DNA of 64,000 bases from a bacterium (GCA_030647555.1 JAUSJG010000008.1:65467-129466), one strand, 5' to 3'. Positions 20,797 through 31,350 are shown, counted from the stretch's first letter. The notes: generated by a model not told the origin, from the sequence alone. Numbers and translations are program-made.

Positions 20797-21180
20797 TCAA
20801 TTTTTGGGTAAATTATTTTTTGCTAAATCCGCTTTTAGAATAGCATGTTCTTGCGCAAGCGCGCGAATTTTTTTATCGTAGCGGGAAAAAAGAAGGGAAA
20901 AATGAATGGCCAAAAGAAATAGACCGATGACCATTGCGAGAAGTAGCATTGCGGGAGCATAGGCAATACCGATGGTTTCGGCTAAATAATCCATTAGGCC
21001 TTCAAAAATAGAAAGTACGACCATAGTAAGTGCCACGATAAACCAAACAATGGAATACCCTTCCTTTAGTCTGCCTTGCTTAATCAGGAAGATTATGAAA
21101 AAAAAGAGAGCCAAACTGCCGATAATTGCGATAATTTGTAATCTTGGTGGAATTGAACCTTGGAACGCGAGGGAAATCAT
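20797..21180 (-). CDS. DUF2304-family 3-TM protein (GacJ-like partner of GT2)
   Basis: L..GRLKEGYSIVW...LAETIGIAY...KIRALAQEHAIL pattern. It lies directly downstream of a GT2 gene. Confidence 0.8.
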   Translation of the reverse strand: MISLAFQGSIPPRLQIIAIIGSLALFFFIIFLIKQGRLKEGYSIVWFIVALTMVVLSIFEGLMDYLAETIGIAYAPAMLLLAMVIGLFLLAIHFSLLFSRYDKKIRALAQEHAILKADLAKNNLPKN

Positions 21181-21878
21181 ACTCTAGGATGTTTAATTGC
21201 GCTGATAAGAATGGCGATGGAATTAGATGCGACAAAATAGGCTGCTTTTATTGGTCTTACAGAAGACACACCACCTTGTCGTTCTTTCATAATAACTGGA
21301 ATTTCATTGAGGCGAAACCCTCTTTGAAACATCATAACGATCGATTCCGGTTCAGGAAAATCAGTGGGGTAGTGTTTTGCCGCGTAGGCAAGGGCTTGTT
21401 TGTTGTATAGGCGAAAACCGGAGGTTGAATCAGAAACGTATTTTCCGGTGACTATGTAAATTAAGAAAGAGAAAATTCTTATACCTAAAATACGCATCGG
21501 AGAAGAAGTAAAACCCTCGCGCTTAAGAAAGCGACTGCCGATTACCATATCCGCTTTGTCATTATTTAACACTTCTAATAGGTTTGGTATAAAAACAGGA
21601 TCGTGTTGTCCGTCTCCATCCACTTGCATCGCAATATCGTAGTTGTTTCTGTGAACATAAGTAAGCCCTGTGCGCATTGCACCGCCGATTCCTAAATTGA
21701 TTGGTAGATCTAGGAGTGTGATGTTGGGAATGGATAACGCGATTTCTTTTGTCTTGTCCGTAGAGGCATCGTTAACCACAATAATGTCTCCCTGTGGACA
21801 GGACACTTTAATTGCATCAATAGACGCTTTGAGGCATTTTTCTTCGTTATAGGCCGGAATGATAATCGCAATCTTCAT
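21177..21878 (-). CDS. GT2 polyprenol-phosphate glycosyltransferase (DPM1/GacI-like)
   Basis: IIIPAYNEE, VNDASTD, NLGIGGA, QVDGDGQHDP, GSRF and DSTSGFR. Confidence 0.9.
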   Translation of the reverse strand: MKIAIIIPAYNEEKCLKASIDAIKVSCPQGDIIVVNDASTDKTKEIALSIPNITLLDLPINLGIGGAMRTGLTYVHRNNYDIAMQVDGDGQHDPVFIPNLLEVLNNDKADMVIGSRFLKREGFTSSPMRILGIRIFSFLIYIVTGKYVSDSTSGFRLYNKQALAYAAKHYPTDFPEPESIVMMFQRGFRLNEIPVIMKERQGGVSSVRPIKAAYFVASNSIAILISAIKHPRV

Positions 21879-21969
21879 ATTCAGTAGTATAGGACAATAG
21901 TTGGTATTGTATAGTGTTTTTGTTTCGTTTCTCCTTTAACTATTGGGGCATTGTTGGTATAAATAACGA

Positions 21970-24087
21970 GTGAGTAATTATTACGATATTTTGAAAAGAG
22001 TTTTTAAGCTCAATGTGGTGGTTTTTTCGCTTTTTGCCCTTCTTTTTGTGTGGACGCGTTTTATTGAGATTCGTTTGATCAACTATGTTTACTCATTTAT
22101 TGTGCTGTTCATAACGTTGGCGCTTGGTGGAATCAACTGCGTTCTTCTTTTACAGTGTTGCGTTAAAAAAACATTTAACTGGTTGGAATTTATAAATATC
22201 GCCAGTATAAGCGGTTTGCTTATAATGCCGGCATTCTATTTTCTGGAAATAACTTTTCTTGATAAAGATTACATTTGGCTTCCTGTAATCAATACATTGT
22301 TCTTGTTTATTGCTGTTTTATTTTTTTGCTTAAAGGGAAGAGCGTCATTTATTGAAGAAGACAATAAGGCTGATCAAGAAAGTGTAACAAAGTCATATTT
22401 ATTGTTTGGAGTTATTGCGGTGCTATTTTTCATAACTGTTTTATTAATAATTACTTCGTATTTTCCGCTACTTGAGCAAGACCCTTATCATTGGATGAAT
22501 AAGTATAGAGAATTGTTTGTTGACGGAAAATTGGCACCTTTAGTTGATAGGCCACTTTTTTTAGTTTTGACGAGAATCTTCATAAATACTGCTCGAATTG
22601 ATACATACGCGTATTTTAAATATGTTTTGCCGTTGCTCTCTTGTCTTATTCTTATCCCAACATGGCTTGTGGCGAGCAGATTTAAAAGCAGGCTTCATCA
22701 GCTGGCGATATTAGTAATTCCGTTGGCAAGCCCATCAACAATTCTCTATCAAATTACTCCAATGCCGCAAATGATAGCGATAATAGCAACATCAAATTTT
22801 ATTTTTTGGTTATTGTATTCTCGATTAAGCGGAAATAGATATTTTTACTATCTTGCGGGGTTTTCTATTTTTCTAGCCAGTTTTTATTATGAAATGGCTG
22901 TTATTATATTCTTAATTTGGATATCAGTAACGATAATTAATGATAGAAAAAAAATCACCTTTATTATTAATTCAAACAAACTCACGGTTTTTTTATTGAT
23001 GATTATTCTTTTGCCGTATTATAATTTTGTAAATAATTTGTTAATTTTTGTCATTTTTTGGATAAATAAAGTTTATCATTCTATACTACTTTTTCAGATA
23101 AATTGGCTGTTTCCGGCGTTTTACGAGAATGTGGATCAAAATCAAATGGGTTGGCCTGGTTTTTTGGGTGTCAGTAAGTATTATCTTTTTTATGTGGGCC
23201 CACCACTTTTATTTACTGCCGGAGTTTTTTGTTGTTTTTTCCTTTTTAGAGCGTCCTTTCGTCGTCGAGTATTGCGTAGTAGTGTTGGTAGTCCTGAAGC
23301 AGTAATATTGTGTCTTGGGTTTGTAACATTTTTTATTATCTCGGATGTGTTGCCAAGAATTGCCAATGTCGCATTGCTTCCGGAAAGAGCTTGGATCTTT
23401 GGAGGTATATTCTTATCGGCTTTTGTTGTAGGAACAATGAAACATTCCGAAGATAATCATTATCATAATCATAATCATTATTCTATTTTGCTCGTATTTT
23501 TAACATTGATAAGCGTCGGAGCAGCTATTTATATAAACGATCTTAAAAAATATGTTGTTCCCGATTATCAGTTGCAATCGGCAGAATGGATAAAAAATAA
23601 TTTGTCAGGAAGAAGAGTTATTTTATCTGTTGGTAATTATAATTTACTAAGGTTTCATGCAAATTCAGTTATGTATAATATGCCAGCGAATTTCTATTGT
23701 GACAAAGAGTTGGAACAATCGGAAAATTTATGGCGTATAGTTGAAAGTACTAACCCTGTGTTTTTTCCCAAAAAAATTGTGGCACGTCAGACACTTGGTA
23801 AACTTGAAAATTATCTAACGCAAACCAATTCAGTTGATTCGGGTAAATTACATAGTATAATTGATGAAAATGTTAACGATTTGAAAAAAGGAATTGAATT
23901 GCGAGAAGGTTTGAAAAAGAATGTATTCATATATTACTATAGCGACGATCCGCGTAATCCTTACGCTCAAAGGCCTTATCGCGAGATGACGGCGCAGTGT
24001 TTTCCTCTTGTTTTTGATACGAACAGCGACGCATATGAGAGGATATATTCAGATCAAGACAGGGTGATAATATGGCGCGTGAAATAA
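21970..24087 (+). CDS. Multi-pass membrane protein, GT-C-like
   Basis: 705 aa with many TMs, QDPYHW, LPERAW and a SAEWIKNNL C-terminal domain. GTG start. Confidence 0.6.
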   Translation: MSNYYDILKRVFKLNVVVFSLFALLFVWTRFIEIRLINYVYSFIVLFITLALGGINCVLLLQCCVKKTFNWLEFINIASISGLLIMPAFYFLEITFLDKDYIWLPVINTLFLFIAVLFFCLKGRASFIEEDNKADQESVTKSYLLFGVIAVLFFITVLLIITSYFPLLEQDPYHWMNKYRELFVDGKLAPLVDRPLFLVLTRIFINTARIDTYAYFKYVLPLLSCLILIPTWLVASRFKSRLHQLAILVIPLASPSTILYQITPMPQMIAIIATSNFIFWLLYSRLSGNRYFYYLAGFSIFLASFYYEMAVIIFLIWISVTIINDRKKITFIINSNKLTVFLLMIILLPYYNFVNNLLIFVIFWINKVYHSILLFQINWLFPAFYENVDQNQMGWPGFLGVSKYYLFYVGPPLLFTAGVFCCFFLFRASFRRRVLRSSVGSPEAVILCLGFVTFFIISDVLPRIANVALLPERAWIFGGIFLSAFVVGTMKHSEDNHYHNHNHYSILLVFLTLISVGAAIYINDLKKYVVPDYQLQSAEWIKNNLSGRRVILSVGNYNLLRFHANSVMYNMPANFYCDKELEQSENLWRIVESTNPVFFPKKIVARQTLGKLENYLTQTNSVDSGKLHSIIDENVNDLKKGIELREGLKKNVFIYYYSDDPRNPYAQRPYREMTAQCFPLVFDTNSDAYERIYSDQDRVIIWRVK

Positions 24088-24098
24088 GGGGAATCAGT

Positions 24099-25271
24099 AT
24101 GGATGAGAAAAAACAAAACAAGAGAATTCTTGTTTTTTCGCCTTTATACCCCCCGCATATAGGCGGGTTACAGTCGCATGCAAGAGAATTTAACAAGTAT
24201 TTGTCTATGTTGGGTTACGATATTACCGTTTTTACACCACAATTACCGTTTAGTGCTAAAAACGAGGAGTTGGTTTGTGAAAATAATTCTTCGCGTTGCG
24301 TAAGGGTAATCAGGTTTCCGGCATTCGAATTGATATCCAATTATCCGGTGCCCAAATTTTGGCAACCGCTTTTTTGGCGTCAGGTGGCAACCGTACGAAC
24401 TAATAAATATTCAATAATCATTTCGCGCACGAGATTCTTTTTCTCATCCTTGCTGGCTGGCTGGTACGCCAAAACAAACAAGGTTAGATGGGTACACATA
24501 GAACACGGTTCGGATTTTCCCAAGCTTGAAAGTGTCTGGAAAAATTTTGTCGCTGTTTTGTATGATAAAACATTGGGGAAGTTGGTGCTCTGGAGCGCGG
24601 ATGTTGTAGTAGCAAATTCTCAAGCCTCGGCCGGTTTTGTTAAAGAAATGGCCGGGCGAGAGTGCAAATTTATTTATCGAGGAGTAGATAAAGCAGAGAT
24701 ATCTGTAACCGGTCCTGTTGCTTTGAATTTGCCACAAGGGTCGTTATTGGTTGTTTTTGTCGGGCGTTTAATTTCCGGTAAGGGTGTTGCTGATCTTTTA
24801 AATGCGTTGAAAGTTATTGATCGCAAAGAAGTATTTTGTTTTATTGTGGGAGATGGTCCGCAGACCAACGATTTGAAAAGTATTGCTCAAGGTTTGGGGT
24901 TGGACAAGGTAGTCTTTTTGGGAGAAAAGGTGCACCATGATACTATTGCCTTAATCAAGCGGGCGGATATTGTAATCAACCCCAGTTATACAGAAGGTCT
25001 ACCAACATCGATAATCGAGGCGGCGCTTTGTGGTAAGGCGATTATTGCGACGGACGTCGGCGGGACGAAGGAGATCGTCGATCACAATCTTAGTGGGCTT
25101 TTGTATAAACCAAGAGATGTATTTGCGCTTGTAAGCTTGTTGCGTGATTTGTTGGATAATCCTGCGAAAAGGGAACGTTTGGGTAATGGTGCGTTTCAGA
25201 AGAATAAAGACTTATTTGACTGGGAAAAAGCATCTTTGCAATATGTTCAACTTTTTAACACAATTGAATAA
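24099..25271 (+). CDS. GT4-family glycosyltransferase
   Basis: YPPHIGG, FVGRL...KG and EGLPTSIIEAALCG..IIATDVGG. ATG 24099 follows AAGGGGA. Confidence 0.9.
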   Translation: MDEKKQNKRILVFSPLYPPHIGGLQSHAREFNKYLSMLGYDITVFTPQLPFSAKNEELVCENNSSRCVRVIRFPAFELISNYPVPKFWQPLFWRQVATVRTNKYSIIISRTRFFFSSLLAGWYAKTNKVRWVHIEHGSDFPKLESVWKNFVAVLYDKTLGKLVLWSADVVVANSQASAGFVKEMAGRECKFIYRGVDKAEISVTGPVALNLPQGSLLVVFVGRLISGKGVADLLNALKVIDRKEVFCFIVGDGPQTNDLKSIAQGLGLDKVVFLGEKVHHDTIALIKRADIVINPSYTEGLPTSIIEAALCGKAIIATDVGGTKEIVDHNLSGLLYKPRDVFALVSLLRDLLDNPAKRERLGNGAFQKNKDLFDWEKASLQYVQLFNTIE

Positions 25272-27163
25272 TGTGCGGTATAACGGGGAAAATTAATCTT
25301 TCAGGAAAGGCAGTGCTTCCTGACGATATTGAAAAGATGAACGAGGCGATTAAACATCGTGGTCCGGACGATGGTGGGATTTATATTTCTCCTAAAAAGA
25401 ATGTCGGTTTGGGACACCGGCGATTATCAATCATTGATCTTTCCCCGCTTGGCCATCAGCCGATGCGCTATTTAGATAGATATTGGATTGTTTTTAACGG
25501 CGAAATATATAATTTTCAGGAAAAAAGAGATCTTCTTGAAAAAGACGGATATATATTTAAATCAAAAACTGATACGGAGGTAATTCTGGCGCTTTATGAT
25601 AAATACGGAAAAAATTGTCTTGAACATTTGCGGGGCATGTTTGCTTTTGCGATTTATGATGAAAAAGAAAATACGATTTTCTGTGCACGCGATCGGGTGG
25701 GAAAGAAGCCTTTTAAATATTATTTGGATGATAAGGTATTCATTTTTGCTTCGGAGTTAAAGGCAATTCTTACTCAGAAGGATTATGAAAAAAAACCGGA
25801 TTATGTCGCGATTCACCATTATCTAACCTTACAATATTGTCCCGCACCATTAACAGGATTTAAAGATATCAAAAAACTTGAACCAGCGCATTATCTTTTT
25901 ATTGATCTGAAGACGAGGAAAGTTGAAATTAATAGATACTGGATCTTGGATTACACGCAAAAACTGAATTTGTCCGAGGCAGAATGGAAAATTAAGATAA
26001 TGGAAAAACTTGAGGAATCTGTTCGGCTGAGGATGATTTCGGATGTTCCGTTGGGGGTGTTTCTCTCTGGTGGCGTAGATTCCAGTGCAATAGTCGGGCT
26101 GATGAGTAAAATAAGTGATAGGCCGGTAAAAACATTTTCCATTGGGTTTAAGGAGCAAAAATATAATGAACTTTCATACGCAAAAATTATTGCTGACAAA
26201 TTTAAGACTGATCACAGGGAATTCATAGTTGAAGCCAAGGCGATAGAAATTCTTCCGATGTTAATTAAGCAGTATGAAGAACCATATGCCGATTCAAGCG
26301 CAATTCCGACATATTACGTAAGTAAATTGACGCGTGAGCACGTAACCGTAGCTCTGAATGGTGACGGCGGCGATGAAAACTTTGCCGGCTATGGCAGTTA
26401 TCGGTATTTCAAAATAACTCTTTTTTATGATAAATTCCGTTATTTTCATAAGTGGGTGGTTTTGCCAATTGCAAAGATTTTGTCAGAAAATATTAAAAGT
26501 GATCTGACACACAAAATCTATCACTTCGCAAAAATTCTATCTCAGGAACCGTCAAGACGATTCACTTATTTTATGTCACATTTCGATAGTGAAATGAAAA
26601 AAGAATTATATACTGACAATATGAAGAAATTAACTGTCGGCCATGATTCCTTTGACATGCTGCCGCACAAGATATCAGAGGCAAAAGTTGTTGATCCTCT
26701 AGATTGTGCCATGTGTATGGATTTGAGCAGTTATATTCCGGATGGGCTAATGGTAAAAGTTGATATTGCCAGTATGGCAGTAGCGCTAGAGGGTAGATCT
26801 CCTCTGCTTGATCACGAATTTATTGAGCTTGCTTGTCAGATACCTAGTACCCTAAAACTGAAGGGGCTAAATAAGAAAAAATATATTTTTAAAAAAGCGC
26901 TTGAAGGATTTATCCCAGATGAAATACTGAATCGTCCCAAAATGGGTTTTGGTATTCCGCTTGATATTTGGCTTAGAAGTGACTTGAAGAAGTATACATA
27001 TGATAATTTGCTTTCGGAGCGCGCAATTAATCGCGGAATCTTTAAGAGAGAAGAGGTGAAGAAGATACTGGATACGCACACAAAAACAACGATTAACAAG
27101 TGTTATCAGATCTGGAATTTATTGGTTCTCGAGCTTTGGTTTCAGGAGTTTTTTGATCAATGA
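25271..27163 (+). CDS. asnB: Asparagine synthase (glutamine-hydrolysing)-type amidotransferase
   Basis: MCGI N-terminus, HRGPD, RLSIID, FNGEIYN, LSGGVDSS, GDGGDENFAGY and RPKMGF. Confidence 0.95.
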   Translation: MCGITGKINLSGKAVLPDDIEKMNEAIKHRGPDDGGIYISPKKNVGLGHRRLSIIDLSPLGHQPMRYLDRYWIVFNGEIYNFQEKRDLLEKDGYIFKSKTDTEVILALYDKYGKNCLEHLRGMFAFAIYDEKENTIFCARDRVGKKPFKYYLDDKVFIFASELKAILTQKDYEKKPDYVAIHHYLTLQYCPAPLTGFKDIKKLEPAHYLFIDLKTRKVEINRYWILDYTQKLNLSEAEWKIKIMEKLEESVRLRMISDVPLGVFLSGGVDSSAIVGLMSKISDRPVKTFSIGFKEQKYNELSYAKIIADKFKTDHREFIVEAKAIEILPMLIKQYEEPYADSSAIPTYYVSKLTREHVTVALNGDGGDENFAGYGSYRYFKITLFYDKFRYFHKWVVLPIAKILSENIKSDLTHKIYHFAKILSQEPSRRFTYFMSHFDSEMKKELYTDNMKKLTVGHDSFDMLPHKISEAKVVDPLDCAMCMDLSSYIPDGLMVKVDIASMAVALEGRSPLLDHEFIELACQIPSTLKLKGLNKKKYIFKKALEGFIPDEILNRPKMGFGIPLDIWLRSDLKKYTYDNLLSERAINRGIFKREEVKKILDTHTKTTINKCYQIWNLLVLELWFQEFFDQ

Positions 27164-28266
27164 AAAAAAAGGTTTTACATCTTATTACTGGTTTGGGAGT
27201 AGGTGGGGCAGAGATGATGTTGCTCAGGACGCTTCCTTTGCTACAGACAACTTTTGACAACGAGGTTTGTTGCGTCATGGGCAGGGGGCCTGTTGGTGAA
27301 AAAATAGAAGAAAAAGGAATTTCAGTGCATTATCTGGATCTTGGGAAATATAATTTCCCCATAGTAGCCTGGAGATTTGTTAAAATATCTAAACAGTTCA
27401 AATCGGGTTTGTTGGTTACCTATCTTATTCATGCCGATATCTTTGGAAGAATTTTGGGGAGATTGGCAGGTGTTAAAAAAATAATAAGTAGTCAGCGTGG
27501 TTTTTATGTGCAATGGAAATTTCTTAAGAAAATAGACAAGTGGACAAGCTTTTTGGTTGCCAAGTATTTTGTTCAGACAAGTTTTGCCAAAGAGGTGCTA
27601 ATGAATGAATTATCTTTGTCCGCGGATAAATTTGTGGTTATTCCCAACGCTATTAAGCTTGTTGAATACCAATTTAATTTAGATGTCGAAAAAAAGAAAA
27701 AAGAACTTGGGATACCCAATGATAATCTTTGCATTATTTGCGTGAGTAATTTAAAACCGGAAAAGGGTTATGAAGAATTGTTGGAGGCGTTTGAAAGTGT
27801 GTATTCACGGAATAAAAAAATAAATCTCCTTGTCGTTGGCAGCGGTAAAGAAATGACCAAATATCTAAATCAAATTGAAAATTATTCTTCAGGGAACAAC
27901 ATCATTTTCCTGGGACAGAGAAGTGATGTTAAGGAAATTTTGAGACTAGGAGAAATATTTGTTCTTGCGACATACTCAGAAGGAATGAGTAATGCTATCC
28001 TGGAAGCCATGGCGAGCAAATTGGCGATCATTACTACGGATATTGAGGTAAATAGAGAAGTGATAAAAGATAATGTATCCGGGCTACTTATACCCCCAAG
28101 AGACGCGAAGAGTATTGAGGAAAAGATTGATTTTCTTGTTGGAAATTATGAGAAACGCAGAGAATTGGGTGAAAACGCCTATCGTGAGGTGTTAGAACGA
28201 TTTGAATTAAATAAGGTGGTTGACCAAATTAAGGATAATTATGAGCTCGTTCTGTATGGGCGCTAA
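27160..28266 (+). CDS. GT4-family glycosyltransferase
   Basis: LITGLGVGGAE, IPNAI and EGMSNAILEAMAS. Confidence 0.9.
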   Translation: MKKKVLHLITGLGVGGAEMMLLRTLPLLQTTFDNEVCCVMGRGPVGEKIEEKGISVHYLDLGKYNFPIVAWRFVKISKQFKSGLLVTYLIHADIFGRILGRLAGVKKIISSQRGFYVQWKFLKKIDKWTSFLVAKYFVQTSFAKEVLMNELSLSADKFVVIPNAIKLVEYQFNLDVEKKKKELGIPNDNLCIICVSNLKPEKGYEELLEAFESVYSRNKKINLLVVGSGKEMTKYLNQIENYSSGNNIIFLGQRSDVKEILRLGEIFVLATYSEGMSNAILEAMASKLAIITTDIEVNREVIKDNVSGLLIPPRDAKSIEEKIDFLVGNYEKRRELGENAYREVLERFELNKVVDQIKDNYELVLYGR

Positions 28267-28999
28267 GTACGTTATTCGTTTAGATGACATTTGTCCCACA
28301 ATGAACTGGGATAATTTCCTAAAACTAGAAAGTATTTTTAGAAAATATAATGTCAAACCAATTATTGGCGTCGTGCCGGATAATGTGGATAAAAAATTAA
28401 TGGTACAACTGCCATTGGAAAATTTTTGGTCCATAATTAAGGGATTATTGCAAGAAGGATGGGTGGTCGCCCAGCATGGTTATCAGCATAAATACATTAA
28501 TCAAGAAGGAGGCCTACTAAAAATTAGCAGACAAAGTGAATTTGCTGGCTGTTCTTACGATGAACAACTGATCAAAATACGGGCCGGTAAAGAAATATTG
28601 GAACGCGAATTAGACACAAAGATTGAATGGTGGATGGCTCCGGCACACAGTTTTGACGAACAAACTTGTAACGCGTTAAGAGAGGTGGGATTTAAATACA
28701 TAACGGATGGAATTGCAGTGTATCCTTTTAAGAAGTTTGGTCTTATTTGGGTACCGCAGCAATTATGGAGACCCAGGAAGAAACTGATTGGTGTGTGGAC
28801 AATATGTGTGCATCCGAACACAATAGATGATATTTACATACAACAACTGGAATTTTTTATCAGGAAAAATATAAATAATATTCACACTGATTATGCAAAG
28901 TTAGTTGTTAGCGGTAATAGTAATATAATAAATAAGGTATACAGATATTTTTGGACCATAGGGTTTAGATTATATAAACTTTTAATCAAAAAAACATGA
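28256..28999 (+). CDS. DUF2334 / polysaccharide deacetylase-like protein
   Basis: IRLDDICP, QHGYQH, SEFAG, APAHSFD and HP motifs. Confidence 0.8.
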   Translation: MGAKYVIRLDDICPTMNWDNFLKLESIFRKYNVKPIIGVVPDNVDKKLMVQLPLENFWSIIKGLLQEGWVVAQHGYQHKYINQEGGLLKISRQSEFAGCSYDEQLIKIRAGKEILERELDTKIEWWMAPAHSFDEQTCNALREVGFKYITDGIAVYPFKKFGLIWVPQQLWRPRKKLIGVWTICVHPNTIDDIYIQQLEFFIRKNINNIHTDYAKLVVSGNSNIINKVYRYFWTIGFRLYKLLIKKT

Positions 29000-29721
29000 G
29001 CGAAAAATATACGCGGAAAGACTTTTTTTATACAGATCCTGCCGCATATGACAACAGAGTAAAATTACCCATTGAAAATTTTATAGCCTCTTGTTGGAAT
29101 CCAATTTTGTTAAATTACTTAGAAAAAGAAATAAAAGACGGGATCACCGTTGCAGATTTAGGTTGTGGGACGTTTATTCATACAAAACATATGGGTATGG
29201 CCGCACGTGTTTACGCAGTCGATATTAATCGCGAAATGTTAGATTATGGAATGCCAAAAATCGAGACGATTAAAGAAAAGGTAACTGTGCTTTGCGAAAG
29301 TGGAACCAAAACCAGTATTCCCTCCGATTCTTGTAATTTGGTTTGGATTGATGGTTTGTCTGAATTTATAAATTTGTCTGATCTTTTTATTGAGGTGAGA
29401 AGAATTTTAAAAAAAGACGGAAAGTTTATAATTTTATATCCAAACTTGTTGCATCCAGAAAATATTATTGTGGTCGCTTATTATTGGTTTCTAAACCGCG
29501 ACGGAAAAAAATACAGAACTATCTATGAGTTTAAAAAAACCGGTATCGCAAACGGTTTTGGCCTCATTGATTTTCAAAGCACGGCGGTATTTATCTATTT
29601 ACCGGGATTCATTCAAAAATACCTCTTGGGACTATGGGGATTTATGACAAAACTATATCAGCCATTTCAGAAAAAGTTTCCAATTGGAAATAATATCATT
29701 TGCACCTTTGTTAAAAGATAA
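28996..29721 (+). CDS. Class I SAM-dependent methyltransferase
   Basis: ADLGCGT, AVDIN..ML and RILKKDG. Confidence 0.8.
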   Translation: MSEKYTRKDFFYTDPAAYDNRVKLPIENFIASCWNPILLNYLEKEIKDGITVADLGCGTFIHTKHMGMAARVYAVDINREMLDYGMPKIETIKEKVTVLCESGTKTSIPSDSCNLVWIDGLSEFINLSDLFIEVRRILKKDGKFIILYPNLLHPENIIVVAYYWFLNRDGKKYRTIYEFKKTGIANGFGLIDFQSTAVFIYLPGFIQKYLLGLWGFMTKLYQPFQKKFPIGNNIICTFVKR

Positions 29722-29761
29722 TTATTTATGAAGTGGCCAACTTGTGGATTAAACGAAGATA

Positions 29762-31300
29762 TTATTGGTTTAGTAATCGTGTAATAAATTTTAACAAGTC
29801 AATTTTTTTGACTGTTTCGCGGTTACCGACAATTTGTACGGCCATTGCGCCAACGGCATTACCAATGAATGCCACCATATCGTGTGGTAGGCCAGCGGCA
29901 TAGCAGGGTGCGGCAAAGGCGAAAAAGGCATCTCCAGCACCGACTGGGTCGACCACATTGGTGGCCAGTGCCGGTGTTTCCATAAAGCCATGTTTTTTTG
30001 AAAAGGAAAGTGAACCTTTTGGGCCACGTGTCGCTAAAAGCATCTCGCAATTCATTGTTGACTGTGTTTGTGATACTAGTTTGGATAAATTACTAAAACG
30101 ATCATGTGTGGCGTATCTCAATTCCATTTCATCAATGCAGATCATGTCTGCGTGAGGATATTTCGTAATTAGATTGAAACCGGTATTGGCGCTATTAGTC
30201 TGAACATTTAGTGCGAGTTTTTTAGCAGTATTACAAATAATATTAATTAAATTTGGCGTGATAAAACCATGGCCAAAATCGTTGATGATTATAAGATCGA
30301 ATGATTTCGCGTTTGTGACAAGATATGAAGCGACATCGGACTCGATTTTTTCGGATATCGGGTTATCGTTAAAAAAACAAATTTCAAAAAGTTTTCGATT
30401 GTGGGCATCGCTTATATAGCGTCTCTTGGTTGTTGTTTCAGCATCCTCGCGATAAAAGAAGTTTAGTTTAATTTCGGGGTGCATTCTTTCGCGAATGAAT
30501 TGTTCTCGGGAGTTTAATCTGCCAAGAATGGTAAGTAGCGAGACGTTATTGCAAATATTGCTCACGTGATTGGCTGTTGCTAGTACTCCGCCAGCAAAAG
30601 ATTCCTCGGAAAGATACTTGTTGGTTATAATGGGTTCCTTGCCCGATTTATTAAGAGGTTGACAATAGTGGTATTCATCAATGATTGCGTCGCCAATAAC
30701 CAGGATCCTAAGATTATCAATTTTTTTCATCTCGTCTGAAATTATTGCGGCTGTGTAACGTTGTGAAAAATCTCTCAAGAAGATGCGTTGTTCGGGTGAG
30801 TAAACATCCAAATAATTATTGATGAGTTTGGATGAGCTGAATGATTGGTCGTCTGTAATAACAAGTTTTCCTCCAATCGCCGTTATGTTTTTTTCATCTT
30901 CAGATATTTGTCCAGTAACATCTTTCGATTTTTCTTTGTAATCCGGTCCTTTGGCGTAAAAATTCGGACGAACTTGTTTTATAATATTTTCTGCCGTTGC
31001 TTCGTTTACCACAACAACAAAATCAATAACGGAAAGTGCCGCCAGGGTTTCAGCGCGAATAATTTGGTTGAAAATAGGCCTGCCAGGGCCTCTTTTAACA
31101 AATTCGTCTGCCGTAAGCGAAACAATGAGAACGTCTCCGAACTTTTTTGCGGATTGAAAGTGTTTAATATGGCCGGGATGAACCAGGTCGAACACGCCAT
31201 GGCAGTGCACAATTTTTTTATTTTGCTGTCTTAACGAGTCGGTAATTCCGGCTATTTGATCAAAATCTTTAATTTTCTCCTCGAGATCCTGATTGGTCAT
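29762..31300 (-). CDS. Bifunctional nucleotidyltransferase / PfkB sugar kinase (HldE-like, transferase domain first)
   Basis: HGVFDLVHPGH and KGPDY in the N-half; VIGDAIIDEY and DPVGAGDAF in the C-half. TTGCCT-17-TATCCT lies 7 nt before ATG 31300. Confidence 0.85.
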   Translation of the reverse strand: MTNQDLEEKIKDFDQIAGITDSLRQQNKKIVHCHGVFDLVHPGHIKHFQSAKKFGDVLIVSLTADEFVKRGPGRPIFNQIIRAETLAALSVIDFVVVVNEATAENIIKQVRPNFYAKGPDYKEKSKDVTGQISEDEKNITAIGGKLVITDDQSFSSSKLINNYLDVYSPEQRIFLRDFSQRYTAAIISDEMKKIDNLRILVIGDAIIDEYHYCQPLNKSGKEPIITNKYLSEESFAGGVLATANHVSNICNNVSLLTILGRLNSREQFIRERMHPEIKLNFFYREDAETTTKRRYISDAHNRKLFEICFFNDNPISEKIESDVASYLVTNAKSFDLIIINDFGHGFITPNLINIICNTAKKLALNVQTNSANTGFNLITKYPHADMICIDEMELRYATHDRFSNLSKLVSQTQSTMNCEMLLATRGPKGSLSFSKKHGFMETPALATNVVDPVGAGDAFFAFAAPCYAAGLPHDMVAFIGNAVGAMAVQIVGNRETVKKIDLLKFITRLLNQ

Positions 31301-31350
31301 GTTGTGGAGGATAAACAATAGGGACAATTTAGGCAATAGTGCATGAAACG

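Noticed and set aside
23450-23481. (CATAAT)-like microrepeat encoding DNHYHNHNHY
   Set aside because: It is short, imperfect and frame-preserving, with no evidence for phase variation or metal binding.
27163-27170. A8 tract after the GT4 start (also A9 at 34140 and G7 near 61148) as phase-variation sites
   Set aside because: Tracts of this length are expected in AT-rich DNA with Lys-rich N-termini, and the frames are intact.
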